The notes beneath the pieces were generated by a model that saw only the letters and a program-made list of their open reading frames with translations, was not told the origin of the DNA and searched no databases. A stretch of DNA of 64,000 bases from a bacterium (GTDB lineage Bacteria; Hinthialibacterota; Hinthialibacteria; Hinthialibacterales; Hinthialibacteraceae), in NCBI GenBank assembly GCA_041946805.1, contig JBHGBC010000004.1, forward strand, positions 40,948 to 104,947, written 5' to 3'. The translations under genes and the position numbers were made by a program. Positions 1 through 9,185 of this stretch are shown here, in pieces (within the stretch, counting starts at the first letter, position 1; each line of letters starts with the position of its first letter).

Positions 1-201
1 AAACTCGACGCCCAAGGCCAGGCCTTGGCTGATTTGACGGCGCGCTTGAAAGAAGCCCAGCCGCCCGCGGCCGGGACATCGGCGGAAGAACTGAAGCGGA
101 TCGAAACCAACCTTTCCCTGGCCATCAACGAAGCGGTGTATCAACTCCAGACGCAACTGGGCCAAATCCAAAAAGTCCTGAGTGAAAAGCCGGCCCAATA
201 A
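1..201 (+). CDS. 3' end of a hypothetical, probably coiled-coil protein (partial)
   Basis: Frame 1 is open from base 1 to TAA at 199-201: KLDAQGQALADLTARLKEAQ...YQLQTQLGQIQKVLSEKPAQ*; coding-like codon usage. Confidence 0.7.
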   Translation, partial: KLDAQGQALADLTARLKEAQPPAAGTSAEELKRIETNLSLAINEAVYQLQTQLGQIQKVLSEKPAQ

Positions 202-327
202 CGCTCAGCATCCGCCTTCCCGATTCAAGTAAAGCGCCTCAGGCTCCGGAGAAATCCCGGGGCCTGAGTTTTTTGGGGCGAGTACATTTTTACTTCATGG
301 CAGAGTAACGATGCATTCCGCCTTTTC

Positions 328-454
328 AGGGCTTCCCTCATCCTGATCCTCTCCCAGAGGGAGAGGGAATCGTTTCGCGTTCCCTTTATACTCGGACTAC
401 GAATAATGCACTGAGTTCGTAGGGTGGGCTCAAAACGAATGTAGCCCACCAACC
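328..454. repeat. Intergenic repeat mosaic: palindrome A (CCCTCACCCTGGCCCTCTCCC..GGGAGAGGG) with ~50-bp tail, then a GTAG-type REP
   Basis: 328-417 aligns with 24253-24350, 4610-4701 (rc) and 39000-39090 (rc); 419-454 resembles the reverse complement of 55760-55795. Confidence 0.8.
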
Positions 455-550
455 CGACTGGCTTCCTCTCCGCCATTTGATCCCGGCGGCGAATCAGAGT
501 ATCCTGCGGGATAACTCATTACCAAATCAACACATGGCAGGACCAGCCGT

Positions 551-1483
551 ATGAGAAATGGAACAGGCTTGTTCATTGGACTACTTGTGATCATCGGATG
601 GAGTCTGCTGGCCACATCCGGCGCCGGTCCGGCGGGATTGCCTCCGGAGCGGATCCTCTACGAAAAAGATTCCCTCTATCACCACATCCGGGTATCGCAG
701 GTGGCCAATTACCGGTACCTGTCGTTCAACCGGGCCCGCGGCAACCAAAGCGCCGTGAACGTGAACGATCCCTACGAACTGAAATTCGCCTACACGCAGG
801 CCAGTTTTCTCAGCCTGGCCTTCTTCGAAAAAGAACCGGAGACCATTTTGTATGTGGGATTGGGGGGTGGCTCCATGCCCCGGGTGATCGCCAAATACCT
901 TCCCAATGCCAAGATCGACCTCGTCGAAATCGATCCCGACGTCGTCATGGTGGCCAAGAAATACTTTCTGTTCGAACCCACGCCCAACATGCGGATCTTC
1001 GAGCAGGATGGGCGTCAATATCTCCGCCGCTCCGTGGACCAGTATGATTTAATCGTCCTCGACGCCTACAACGACGCCGCCATCCCCTTTCACCTGACCA
1101 CCAAGGAATTCTTCGAGATCGTGAAACAACGCCTCACGCCCCGGGGGGTCGTGGCCACGAACATCTGGGGGCCGGCTTCCAACGAATTTTACTATTCGGA
1201 GATCAAGACCTTTCAGGCCGTCTTCCCCCGGGTGTATGCCGTGAACGCAGTCACCACCAACAACAATATTTTTTTCGTGACCCAGGAAGGCAAGGAATGG
1301 ACCGCCGCCACGTTTCAAAAACAAGCCCGCGCGTTGCACAACCGCTACCGGTTTCCCTTCGCGCTGGATCTCTACGCGCGGACCTTCGAGGATTTGACGC
1401 GCAAAGAGGTCAACGCCAAGGTGCTGCTGGATGATTTCGCGCCGGTCGAGGTGCTGCGTTCGCGGGAGGCCGGCCATCCGTGA
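551..1483 (+). CDS. Spermidine-synthase-like class I SAM-dependent methyltransferase with an N-terminal hydrophobic segment
   Basis: VGLGGGS, VEIDP, DGRQY and YDLIVLDAY motifs; resembles the C-terminal half of fused MFS/spermidine synthases. Confidence 0.85.
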   Translation: MRNGTGLFIGLLVIIGWSLLATSGAGPAGLPPERILYEKDSLYHHIRVSQVANYRYLSFNRARGNQSAVNVNDPYELKFAYTQASFLSLAFFEKEPETILYVGLGGGSMPRVIAKYLPNAKIDLVEIDPDVVMVAKKYFLFEPTPNMRIFEQDGRQYLRRSVDQYDLIVLDAYNDAAIPFHLTTKEFFEIVKQRLTPRGVVATNIWGPASNEFYYSEIKTFQAVFPRVYAVNAVTTNNNIFFVTQEGKEWTAATFQKQARALHNRYRFPFALDLYARTFEDLTRKEVNAKVLLDDFAPVEVLRSREAGHP

Positions 1484-2106
1484 TTCCCTTCATCGTCTTT
1501 CTCTCCGGCGCGGTGGTCATGTCCTTTGAGATGTTGGGCAGTAAAATCCTGGCGCCTCATTTCGGCAACACGATCTTCGTGTGGGGCAGCTTGATCGGCA
1601 TCTTCCTCAGCGGCTTGACCGTGGGGTATTGGGGCGGCGGACGATTGGCGGACCACACCGCCGATTTGCGCTGTTTTTCCGCCTTGCTGGCCATCCCCGG
1701 CGTGATCCTGTGCTGCTTTCCGTTGTATTGTGATCCGGTCAACTACTGGATCTTCGACCAGGCCTTCGGTCCCCGGATGGAGCCGCTGCTCGCCTGCCTG
1801 ATCCTGTTCTTTCCCCCCACCATTTTCATGGGCGCGGTCAGCCCCTACGCGGTCAAGCTGCAGGTCAAGAATCTGGACTGGCTGGGCACCGGAGTGGGGA
1901 ACCTGTACGCCCTCTCCTCGCTGGGCAGCATCGTCGGCACGCTGTTCACTTCCTTCTATCTGGTCACCTGGTTCGGCGTGCGCATGATCATCTTGATTGA
2001 AGGAATCATACTCCTGGCCGCCGCCGCGGCGCTTTGGCTGGCGCACGCGCGAGGACATGCCTCATGTCCATCCGAGGGAGGAACGCCGGAGGCGCCGGGG
2101 GAATGA
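1480..2106 (+). CDS. Membrane protein, N-terminal membrane domain of the fused MFS/spermidine synthase family
   Basis: FLSGAVVMSFEMLGSKILAPHFGNTIFVWGSLIG..., GYWGGGRLAD and GNLYALSSLGSIVGT motifs; GTGA overlap with the upstream gene. Confidence 0.85.
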   Translation: MIPFIVFLSGAVVMSFEMLGSKILAPHFGNTIFVWGSLIGIFLSGLTVGYWGGGRLADHTADLRCFSALLAIPGVILCCFPLYCDPVNYWIFDQAFGPRMEPLLACLILFFPPTIFMGAVSPYAVKLQVKNLDWLGTGVGNLYALSSLGSIVGTLFTSFYLVTWFGVRMIILIEGIILLAAAAALWLAHARGHASCPSEGGTPEAPGE

Positions 2107-2163
2107 GCGTTGGACATATTGACCAAGGACTGCAGCGCTACATACGCAGATTCCGGTTATTCC

Positions 2164-2387
2164 CCCAGGGTTAAAACCCTGGGCTATTTTAAACGTGCCC
2201 TTCCCTTCAGCCCTGCCCCTAATTCGTATCGGGCGGACACCTAGGTCCGCCCCTGCATAAATTCCCTCACCTTGGCCCGATCGCGGGGGGAGAGGGGAAT
2301 GAATGACATCGCGTTTCGATGGCAGGGGTGCATCTCGGCAACAAGGGCACGTTTTGGTAACAGAGGCACGTGGCCACGTGCCCCTAC
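2164..2387. repeat. Intergenic repeat mosaic (CCCAGGGTTAAAACCCTGGG; GGGCGGACACC.AGGTCCGCCCCT; degenerate palindrome A; GGCACGTGGCCACGTGCCCCTAC)
   Basis: Each motif recurs elsewhere in the window (e.g. 55701, 38719, 12380). Confidence 0.75.
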
Positions 2388-2508
2388 GTTGGATCGTTCC
2401 TATCCAACGCCAAAACCTGAAAGACTTTCCCCTGTGTTTATTGCGGTTATAATCTTTTTTTACCCCTGAAACGCGCCGATCGATTGCAAAGACACGAGGA
2501 ATAATCCG

Positions 2509-3918
2509 ATGGCCCAAAACATCTACGAAAAAATCTGGGACGCCCATGTGGTGCATGAAGAGCCCGGGAAAGACGCCATTCTCTATATCGATTGCCACCT
2601 CATCCATGAAGTGACTTCCCCCCAAGCGTTCGAGGGCCTGCGGCTGGCGGGGCGCGCCGTACGCCGGCCGGACCGGACCTTCGCCACCATGGACCACAAT
2701 ATCCCCACCACCGGCCGCGAATTGCCCATCCGCGATCCCATGTCCAAGCAGCAGGTGGAAACCCTCCAGCGCAATTGCGAGGAGAACGGCATCCCCTGCT
2801 TCGACATGCGCGATTCCCGCAACGGCATCGTCCACGTGATCGGTCCCGAGCTGGGCCTCACCCGGCCGGGCATGACCATTGTCTGCGGCGATTCGCACAC
2901 TTCCACCCACGGCGCGTTCGGGGCGCTGGCGTTCGGCATCGGCACCAGCGAGGTGGAGCACGTGCTGGCCACCCAGACGCTTTTGCAGAAGAAATCCAAA
3001 ACCATGGAAGCCCGGATCAACGGCCGGCTCCCCCAGGGCATCACCGCCAAGGACATCATCCTGGCGTTCATCGGCAAAATCGGGACCGCGGGCGGCACCG
3101 GGTATGTCATCGAATACACCGGCGAGGCCATCCGCGGCTTGAGCATGGAAGGGCGTATGACGGTCTGCAACATGACCATCGAGGCGGGGGCGCGCGCCGG
3201 GCTGATTTCCCCTGACGAGAAGACCTTTGCCTTCCTCAAAGGACGGCCGTACCTCCCCAATGGCCGGCCGTGGGACAAACTGGTCGAAGAATGGCGCTCC
3301 TGGGCCTCCGATCCCGGATGCCGCTACGACCGGCTGGTGGAATTGAACGCGGAAGATATCGAACCGCAGGTCACCTGGGGCACTTCGCCGGGCATGGTCA
3401 CCGGGATCAACGGAACCACGCCGGGATTGGCCCAAATCGCCGACGGCAACACCCGCCTCGCCGCGCAGCGCGCCCTGGAGTACATGGGCCTGGACGAAGG
3501 CGCGCCCATCCGGGAGATCGCGCCGGACAAGATCTTCATCGGATCCTGCACCAACGGGCGCATCGAGGATCTACGCGAGGCCGCGCGCGTCGCGAAGGGC
3601 TACAAGGTCCATTCCGGGATCAAGCAGGCGCTGGTGGTTCCCGGGTCGCAGCAGGTCAAAAAACAGGCGGAAGAAGAGGGACTGGACCGGATTTTCAAGG
3701 ACGCGGGCTTTGAATGGCGCGAATCAGGCTGCTCGATGTGCCTGGCCATGAACGACGACGTGCTCAGCCCCGGCGAGCGCTGCGCCGCGACCTCCAACCG
3801 CAATTTCGAGGGACGGCAGGGCAAGGGCGGCCGCACGCACCTGGTCAGCCCGGCCATGGCCGCCGCCGCCGCCATCACCGGACGGTTCACCGACATCCGC
3901 CATTGGGAGTACAAATGA
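2509..3918 (+). CDS. leuC: 3-isopropylmalate dehydratase large subunit
   Basis: [42 protein letters not shown] and [11 protein letters not shown] motifs; GAGGA RBS. Confidence 0.97.
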   Translation: MAQNIYEKIWDAHVVHEEPGKDAILYIDCHLIHEVTSPQAFEGLRLAGRAVRRPDRTFATMDHNIPTTGRELPIRDPMSKQQVETLQRNCEENGIPCFDMRDSRNGIVHVIGPELGLTRPGMTIVCGDSHTSTHGAFGALAFGIGTSEVEHVLATQTLLQKKSKTMEARINGRLPQGITAKDIILAFIGKIGTAGGTGYVIEYTGEAIRGLSMEGRMTVCNMTIEAGARAGLISPDEKTFAFLKGRPYLPNGRPWDKLVEEWRSWASDPGCRYDRLVELNAEDIEPQVTWGTSPGMVTGINGTTPGLAQIADGNTRLAAQRALEYMGLDEGAPIREIAPDKIFIGSCTNGRIEDLREAARVAKGYKVHSGIKQALVVPGSQQVKKQAEEEGLDRIFKDAGFEWRESGCSMCLAMNDDVLSPGERCAATSNRNFEGRQGKGGRTHLVSPAMAAAAAITGRFTDIRHWEYK

Positions 3919-4514
3919 TGCAACCCTTCACCACGCACACTGGAATCGTCGCCCCCCTAGATGCCCTGAACGTGGACACGGACCAGATCATCCCCAAGCA
4001 GTTCCTGAAGCGCATCGAGCGGACCGGATACGAGGATTTTCTGTTCTTCGACTGGCGTTATCTGGCCGACGGGAAGACGCCTAATCCGGAATTCGAGATG
4101 AACGCCCCGCGCTACCGGGGCGCGAGCATCCTGCTGACCAAGGACAACTTCGGCTGCGGCTCCTCGCGCGAGCACGCCCCCTGGGCGCTGCACGATTACG
4201 GCATCCGCTGCATCCTGGCCAAGAGCTACGCGGATATTTTCTTCAACAACTGCTTCAACAACGGCATGCTGCCCCTCGTGCTGCCCTCCGAGACGATCGA
4301 AGCGTTATTCCAAGAAGTGCGGGCGCGGGAGGGGTATCAGTTGACCATCGATCTGCCCAACCAGAAGATCATCAAGCCCGATGGCGGCGCAATCGAGTTC
4401 AACATCGATCCCTTCAAGAAACATTGCCTGCTGAACGGCCTCGACCAGATCGGCCTGACCCTGGTGCACGAAGACCAAATCACCGCGTACGAGAAAAAGC
4501 GGGGGATCATTTAA
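3915..4514 (+). CDS. leuD: 3-isopropylmalate dehydratase small subunit
   Basis: [13 protein letters not shown] and [15 protein letters not shown] motifs; ATG at 3915 or 3918 overlaps the leuC stop. Confidence 0.97.
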   Translation: MMQPFTTHTGIVAPLDALNVDTDQIIPKQFLKRIERTGYEDFLFFDWRYLADGKTPNPEFEMNAPRYRGASILLTKDNFGCGSSREHAPWALHDYGIRCILAKSYADIFFNNCFNNGMLPLVLPSETIEALFQEVRAREGYQLTIDLPNQKIIKPDGGAIEFNIDPFKKHCLLNGLDQIGLTLVHEDQITAYEKKRGII

Positions 4515-4558
4515 GCATTTGACAATTTCAAGAATCACCCGAAGCCGTGATATCATGG

Positions 4559-4591
4559 GAACGTCCGGTTCACCCCGGACGTTTCTTTATT
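4559..4591 (+). terminator. Probable intrinsic terminator of leuCD
   Basis: Stem AACGTCCGG...CCGGACGTT followed by TCTTTATT. Confidence 0.6.
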
Positions 4592-4609
4592 GTAACGCTT
4601 TGCCCAATC

Positions 4610-4795
4610 GCAGTACTTTCTCAGTGTTTTATTCGCAATATGGGCATAGAGGGGGCCGCGAAACGATTCCCTCTCCCTCTGGGAGAGGGCAAGGGTGAGG
4701 GTATTTTTTATTGGGGCCGGCCTGGGTGTCTGCCCTCATCCCGGAGTGAATGGAATCGATTCGACCTCATTGGGAAAACACTTTCCGGATGATCC
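4610..4795 (-). mobile_element. Degenerate hybrid copy: MITE left end + REP + palindrome A + tail
   Basis: Reverse complement starts GGATCATCCGGAAAGTG (TIR-like), then GGGCAGACACCCAGGCCGGCCCC, CCCTCACCCTTGCCCTCTCCC..GGGAGAGGG and the shared tail. Confidence 0.6.
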
Positions 4796-4953
4796 ATACC
4801 CAATGAATCCTTCTGTTCCAGCCCTATCATATGCCCTATCCCGCTTCCATATCCCTACGGTAGGATGGAGGGGGACGGTGGCGCCCTCCGCACCTCCGGC
4901 CGGGTTTCGACCACGCGGGCGCGGGTATTCCAATCGGTAACGGAGCGAGTCAC

Positions 4954-5991
4954 ATGAACACGAAATCCAACCTGCCGCGACGGAATTTCTTGAAGTCCAC
5001 CAGCCTGGGCGTATCCCTCGGGGCCCTGGCGTCAGCCTCTGCCAGCTCCACGGCGGCGGAATCCAGTTCGGCCGGGCCGCGGCGGGAAGTCTGGATCGCC
5101 ACACTGGCCATGGACCATTACGAGGCGAAAACCTCCGAGGAACTGTGCGGCCATGTCCTGAATCGCATGCGGGAGACGCTGGCGTGCCATCCGGATTTGA
5201 TCTGCCTGCCGGAAACGTTTCCCTATCACCGGGTGGCGGAGGAGAAATCCACCGCCGAGCAGGCGGAGAGCCTGGACGGTCCCATCGTGAAGCGGTTCGC
5301 CGATTTCGCCCGCGAGAATCACTGCTGGGTGATCTGCCCCCTGCTGACGAAGGAAGAGGGGCGGATTTACAACTCCGCCGTGGTGATCAATCGGATGGGA
5401 GAAGTTGTGGGAGCTTACCACAAGATCCATCCCACGGTGGACGAGATCGACAGCGGGGTAACGCCCGGGTCCGTGGCTCCGCCGGTGTTCCAGACGGATT
5501 TCGGCGTGATCGGCATCCAGATCTGCTTCGACGTCAACTGGCCGGAAGGCTGGCGGAAATTGCGAAAGGGGGGGGTGGAAATCATCTTCTGGCCGAGCGC
5601 GTTTCCCGGCGGGCGGATGCTGAACGCCATGGCCTGGATCAACAAGACCTGCATCGTCACCAGCACGCTGCCGGGGCCGTCGCGGATCATCGATATCACC
5701 GGCGACGAAATCGGAACCAGCGGGCGGTTCGAATCCTGGGTGTGCTGCCCGGTGAACCTGGAGAAGGCGTTCATCCACATTTGGCCCTATTTGAAGGAAA
5801 TCGACGGCTTGCGGGAAAAGTACGGCCAGGCGGTGCGGGTGACCAAAATGCACCAAGAGGATTGGGCCATCATCGAAAGCGTTTCGCCCGATGTGCCGCT
5901 GCTGGACGCGCTGCGGGAATTCAACATCCCCCTGCACGAGGAGCACATCCGGCGGGCTGACGAAAAACAGGAAAAATACAGGCCGGCGTGA
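4954..5991 (+). CDS. Tat-exported carbon-nitrogen hydrolase (nitrilase superfamily)
   Basis: PRRNFLK twin-arginine signal; E-K-C triad in LPET, YHKIH and ICFD. Confidence 0.9.
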   Translation: MNTKSNLPRRNFLKSTSLGVSLGALASASASSTAAESSSAGPRREVWIATLAMDHYEAKTSEELCGHVLNRMRETLACHPDLICLPETFPYHRVAEEKSTAEQAESLDGPIVKRFADFARENHCWVICPLLTKEEGRIYNSAVVINRMGEVVGAYHKIHPTVDEIDSGVTPGSVAPPVFQTDFGVIGIQICFDVNWPEGWRKLRKGGVEIIFWPSAFPGGRMLNAMAWINKTCIVTSTLPGPSRIIDITGDEIGTSGRFESWVCCPVNLEKAFIHIWPYLKEIDGLREKYGQAVRVTKMHQEDWAIIESVSPDVPLLDALREFNIPLHEEHIRRADEKQEKYRPA

Positions 5992-6137
5992 AGCGAAAAG
6001 GCAGGATCCATTTCGCTGGACTCCATCCGCCCTGTCCGGCTGATCCGCTGCCAATCCGTCTACGTGTTTGTCCAAAAATATCAGGCGTTTCCCCCTTTTT
6101 CTCGGGGCTGATCTTTACCCACAAGTCGTATCAGGAG

Positions 6138-6306
6138 GTCATCCCCGCGAAAGCGGGGATCCAGGGAGGGCGAGGCTCCTGCCGAGCCGCTTATTTTCGA
6201 TAGGCCCCACTTTTTCCACGGCTCACCCGAAATGTCGCCCTCCCCGATCAGGACTTTGGGGCAAAATTCAGCCCTCAGATAAAGGGCTTGGGTGAGGGGA
6301 AGCCTT
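6138..6306. repeat. Repeat mosaic: GTCATCCCCGCGAAAGCGGGGATCCA + paired GGGAGGGCGAGGCTCC/CGCCCTCCC + partial palindrome A
   Basis: The first motif is identical at 38879 and 63568, with 1 mismatch at 52765; the second also occurs at 63735-63817. Confidence 0.8.
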
Positions 6307-6358
6307 TCACCCTGCCTCCACCGTTCTGACGGGGCAGATTCCCTTGCTAATCAATGGA

Positions 6359-6652
6359 TCACGGCAAGGATTGGGCGATTTCCCGGAACTCCTCCTCGTT
6401 GAAAGCTCGGAGCGTTTCCGAGGAGACATTGCCCTGGGAAGCCAAGGTCAGGGCGAGCTTCGCCTCGGTTTTATCATCCGGCAGTTCGCTGATCACCACC
6501 AGGTCATAACGCCCCATGGTCAGGTAAAAGCCCAACATTTTCCCCCCGGCGGCTTCGAGGGCTTTCTTGGCCGCGTCCAACCGGGCCGGGCCGTCCTTGA
6601 TATTCCCCACGCCTTTGGGAGTATACCGGTACAACGTGATGTAGGTGGGCAT
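6359..6652 (-). CDS. GYD domain-containing protein
   Basis: 97 aa; MPTYITL...FYLTMGRYDLVVISE...GNVSSETLRAF; GGAGG RBS. Confidence 0.9.
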   Translation of the reverse strand: MPTYITLYRYTPKGVGNIKDGPARLDAAKKALEAAGGKMLGFYLTMGRYDLVVISELPDDKTEAKLALTLASQGNVSSETLRAFNEEEFREIAQSLP

Positions 6653-7091
6653 CTCACTACCTCCGGTTTGGAAGAGGGGATTCCTCTTCGAACAATGAGA
6701 ATCGCCGATGATGCTTCAACTGGATGGGGGAACCAACAAGTATCCGATTGAGATGGAAAGGCGGGTATAAAAAACCAGCGACAAGATAGTTAGGTATGTT
6801 GGTCTATATGATCATCTATACAATCGATTCACATGTCAAGAGAATGATCCAAGAACGGGTCAGCCGGGCAAAAACTTGCATGGGCGGCCGGCATGGTTAT
6901 GCCATGCTCAATCCGCCCCGCAATAGGATTTGAGAATCTTCCGAAGGTACATTGATTTTTCCCATCGATTTTCTTGACAACGTCCGTTCTCCAGCCTGAC
7001 AATGGCCCCTCAGGAACCATCAACCTCCAGGATGATTCCGGCCCGACCATACTAGTGTTCCCCATCCTAACCCCACGAAAGGACCCTCCCG

Positions 7092-8564
7092 ATGCCTGGC
7101 CTATCCTCTCTCCGTTATTTGATTCTGTCCGCGGGGCGAATGGGCTCGATGATCGCCCTTGTTTCCCTGTGCCTGAGACCATTCCCGGCCTTCACGGAAA
7201 CGGCGGGCGTGGATGAATTTCTGCTGGGAACCGCAAAAGCGGAAATCACACCGCCCACGGGGTACCGGATGGCGGGGGGATTTTCGGAAGTGATCAGCAC
7301 GGGCGTGAACGATCCCTTGTACGCCAAGGCCATGGCCTGGAAGCAGGGGAACACCCAGGCGGTGATCGTGGTCTGCGACGTTTGCAGCGTCCCGCGGATG
7401 TACACCGATCCCATCCGCCGGCGGATCAGCGCGGATACGGGCACGCCGGTCTCCAACATCGCCGTCCTGGCCACGCACACGCACGGGGGGCCGGAGTATT
7501 ACGGCGTGCTGCGGGACGCCCTGCACCGGCTCGCCGCCGAGAAAGAGGGAACCGATCCGCGGGAGACGATCGACTTCCCCGCTCTGTTCATGGACCAATG
7601 CGTGGCCGCGGCGGGGGAAGCCTACCGCCATCTGCGGCCGGTCCGGATCGCGACCGGTTCGACCACCCTGCCCGGCATCGCCCAAAACCGGCGCTATCAC
7701 ATGAAGGACGGATCGGTGCGGTTCAATCCCGGCAAGCAGAATCCGGATATCGTCAAATCCGCCGGGCCGGTGGACGAGGAAGTCCCGATCCTCTTCTTCC
7801 GCGACGCCGAAGAGAACCGCCCGGTGGCGTCGTTGGTGATGTTCGCGATGCACGTGGCTTCGTTTTACAACGGACAATTCGGCGCCGACTATCCGGGCGT
7901 CCTGCAAACCATCTTGCGGGAACAAGTGGGTCCGGATTTCTTTTCCGTCTTCACCCAAGGCACGGCCGGCGATGTCAACCATTTCAATGTGACGGTCCCC
8001 ACGCCCGATCCCAGCCCGGAAGCCATCGGCCAAGCCCTCGCCGGGGTGGTGATGAAAGCCCTGCCTGGACTCAAGCCGGCGGCCGCGCCATCGTTGGCCG
8101 TACGGTCCATCCGGATCCCCGTACCCATGCAGGAATTCACGGACGAGGACGTGGCGCGGGCGGAGGACATTATTCATTACCGGATCACTCCCACGCCCGA
8201 TTTCTACGTCAGCGTCCATGCCTGGAAAATCCTGAACACCCGGAACCTGGCCGCGCGGGATGGGGCCAACCTTCAAATGGAAGTCCAGGGATTCCGGCTG
8301 GACGGCGATACAGCGGTCGTGACTTTGCCGCACGAGGTTTTCGTGGAGTTGGGCCTGGCGATCAAAAAACAATCGCCTTTCGTCCGGACGCTGGTAGCCT
8401 CCATGGCCAACGACCTGGATTTCTACGTGCCGACACGCAAGGCGTTCGCCGAAGGCAGTTACGAGGTGGACACCAGCTCGATCAAACCGGGCGGGGGAGA
8501 ATTGTTGGTGGCGGGCGCGCTCCAGCTGCTGAACGGATTGAAAGCGGCGCCGGGAGGAGAATAA
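7092..8564 (+). CDS. Secreted neutral/alkaline ceramidase-like hydrolase
   Basis: EITPP, DPLYAKA, ATHTHGGP, ADYPG and QGTAGDVN motifs; N-terminal hydrophobic signal; exact start uncertain. Confidence 0.8.
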   Translation: MPGLSSLRYLILSAGRMGSMIALVSLCLRPFPAFTETAGVDEFLLGTAKAEITPPTGYRMAGGFSEVISTGVNDPLYAKAMAWKQGNTQAVIVVCDVCSVPRMYTDPIRRRISADTGTPVSNIAVLATHTHGGPEYYGVLRDALHRLAAEKEGTDPRETIDFPALFMDQCVAAAGEAYRHLRPVRIATGSTTLPGIAQNRRYHMKDGSVRFNPGKQNPDIVKSAGPVDEEVPILFFRDAEENRPVASLVMFAMHVASFYNGQFGADYPGVLQTILREQVGPDFFSVFTQGTAGDVNHFNVTVPTPDPSPEAIGQALAGVVMKALPGLKPAAAPSLAVRSIRIPVPMQEFTDEDVARAEDIIHYRITPTPDFYVSVHAWKILNTRNLAARDGANLQMEVQGFRLDGDTAVVTLPHEVFVELGLAIKKQSPFVRTLVASMANDLDFYVPTRKAFAEGSYEVDTSSIKPGGGELLVAGALQLLNGLKAAPGGE

Positions 8565-8626
8565 GGCATGGCCGGGAGGCCAGGCCGAGGAGGGGATCGA
8601 TGTCATTCGATTCAATGTCATTAGAT

Positions 8627-8748
8627 GTAGGAACACGTGGCAACGTGCCCTTACAATCCAATCCTCACCCAACGGGAACGGAGACGAGAAGGCCCACGGG
8701 CGTCCTGCCCGTGTATCGGTCCACCATGGCCGGGAAGGCCATGCCGCG
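8627..8748. repeat. REP-like palindromes
   Basis: GTAGGAACACGTGGCAACGTGCCCTTAC; CACGGGCGTCCTGCCCGTG; CATGGCCGGGAAGGCCATG. Confidence 0.65.
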
Positions 8749-9185
8749 CCAGGATTTTCCTCCCCCTGGCCCACTCCCGAATAAAGAAAAACCCCGAAAG
8801 GTCAATCGTATGCCTTCCGAGAGAACAATCTTTGCACGTACAATAGGGGTTCAATCCTTGGAACCAGGAACGGGATTCTGGGAGTGCGCGCATCACCCAG
8901 CCGGAACTGAAATACCTTGGGATAATCACCGAATGGATAGGATCGAAGTCGACAACGGGACACGCCATCTGGACAAACACGTCAATCCGTCCGTACCGGC
9001 GATTGTCCATTATTCCTATTCATTCCACTATCGATCGCAATCATGAAAATCCGCATTCCATCCAGGGAATGGCGGGCGGGCAGGCGGTATCCTCTGTCCC
9101 CGCGATGTTCATGAACCGGTCCCACCTGAAATGAAAGGGCAAAAATGCCGGGAAACCGGATATTAACAAAGGAGGAACAGGGATT

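Noticed and set aside
2107..2508. Leucine leader peptide, attenuator or T-box before leuC
   Set aside because: No Leu-rich leader or T-box motif was found; the hairpins belong to dispersed repeat families.
7101..9046. Long overlapping or antisense ORFs (e.g. 557 aa, 554 aa; likewise 19996-21477, 33778-35304, 58395-60200)
   Set aside because: These are shadow ORFs typical of high-GC coding DNA, opposite or out of frame to well-supported genes, with no recognisable motifs.
9134..9175. c-di-GMP-I riboswitch-like GGGCAAA..CCGG-GAAA-CCGG..ACAAAG upstream of hppA
   Set aside because: The GACGCAAAG junction and second stem are missing and the segment runs straight into the RBS; an Infernal search would be needed.
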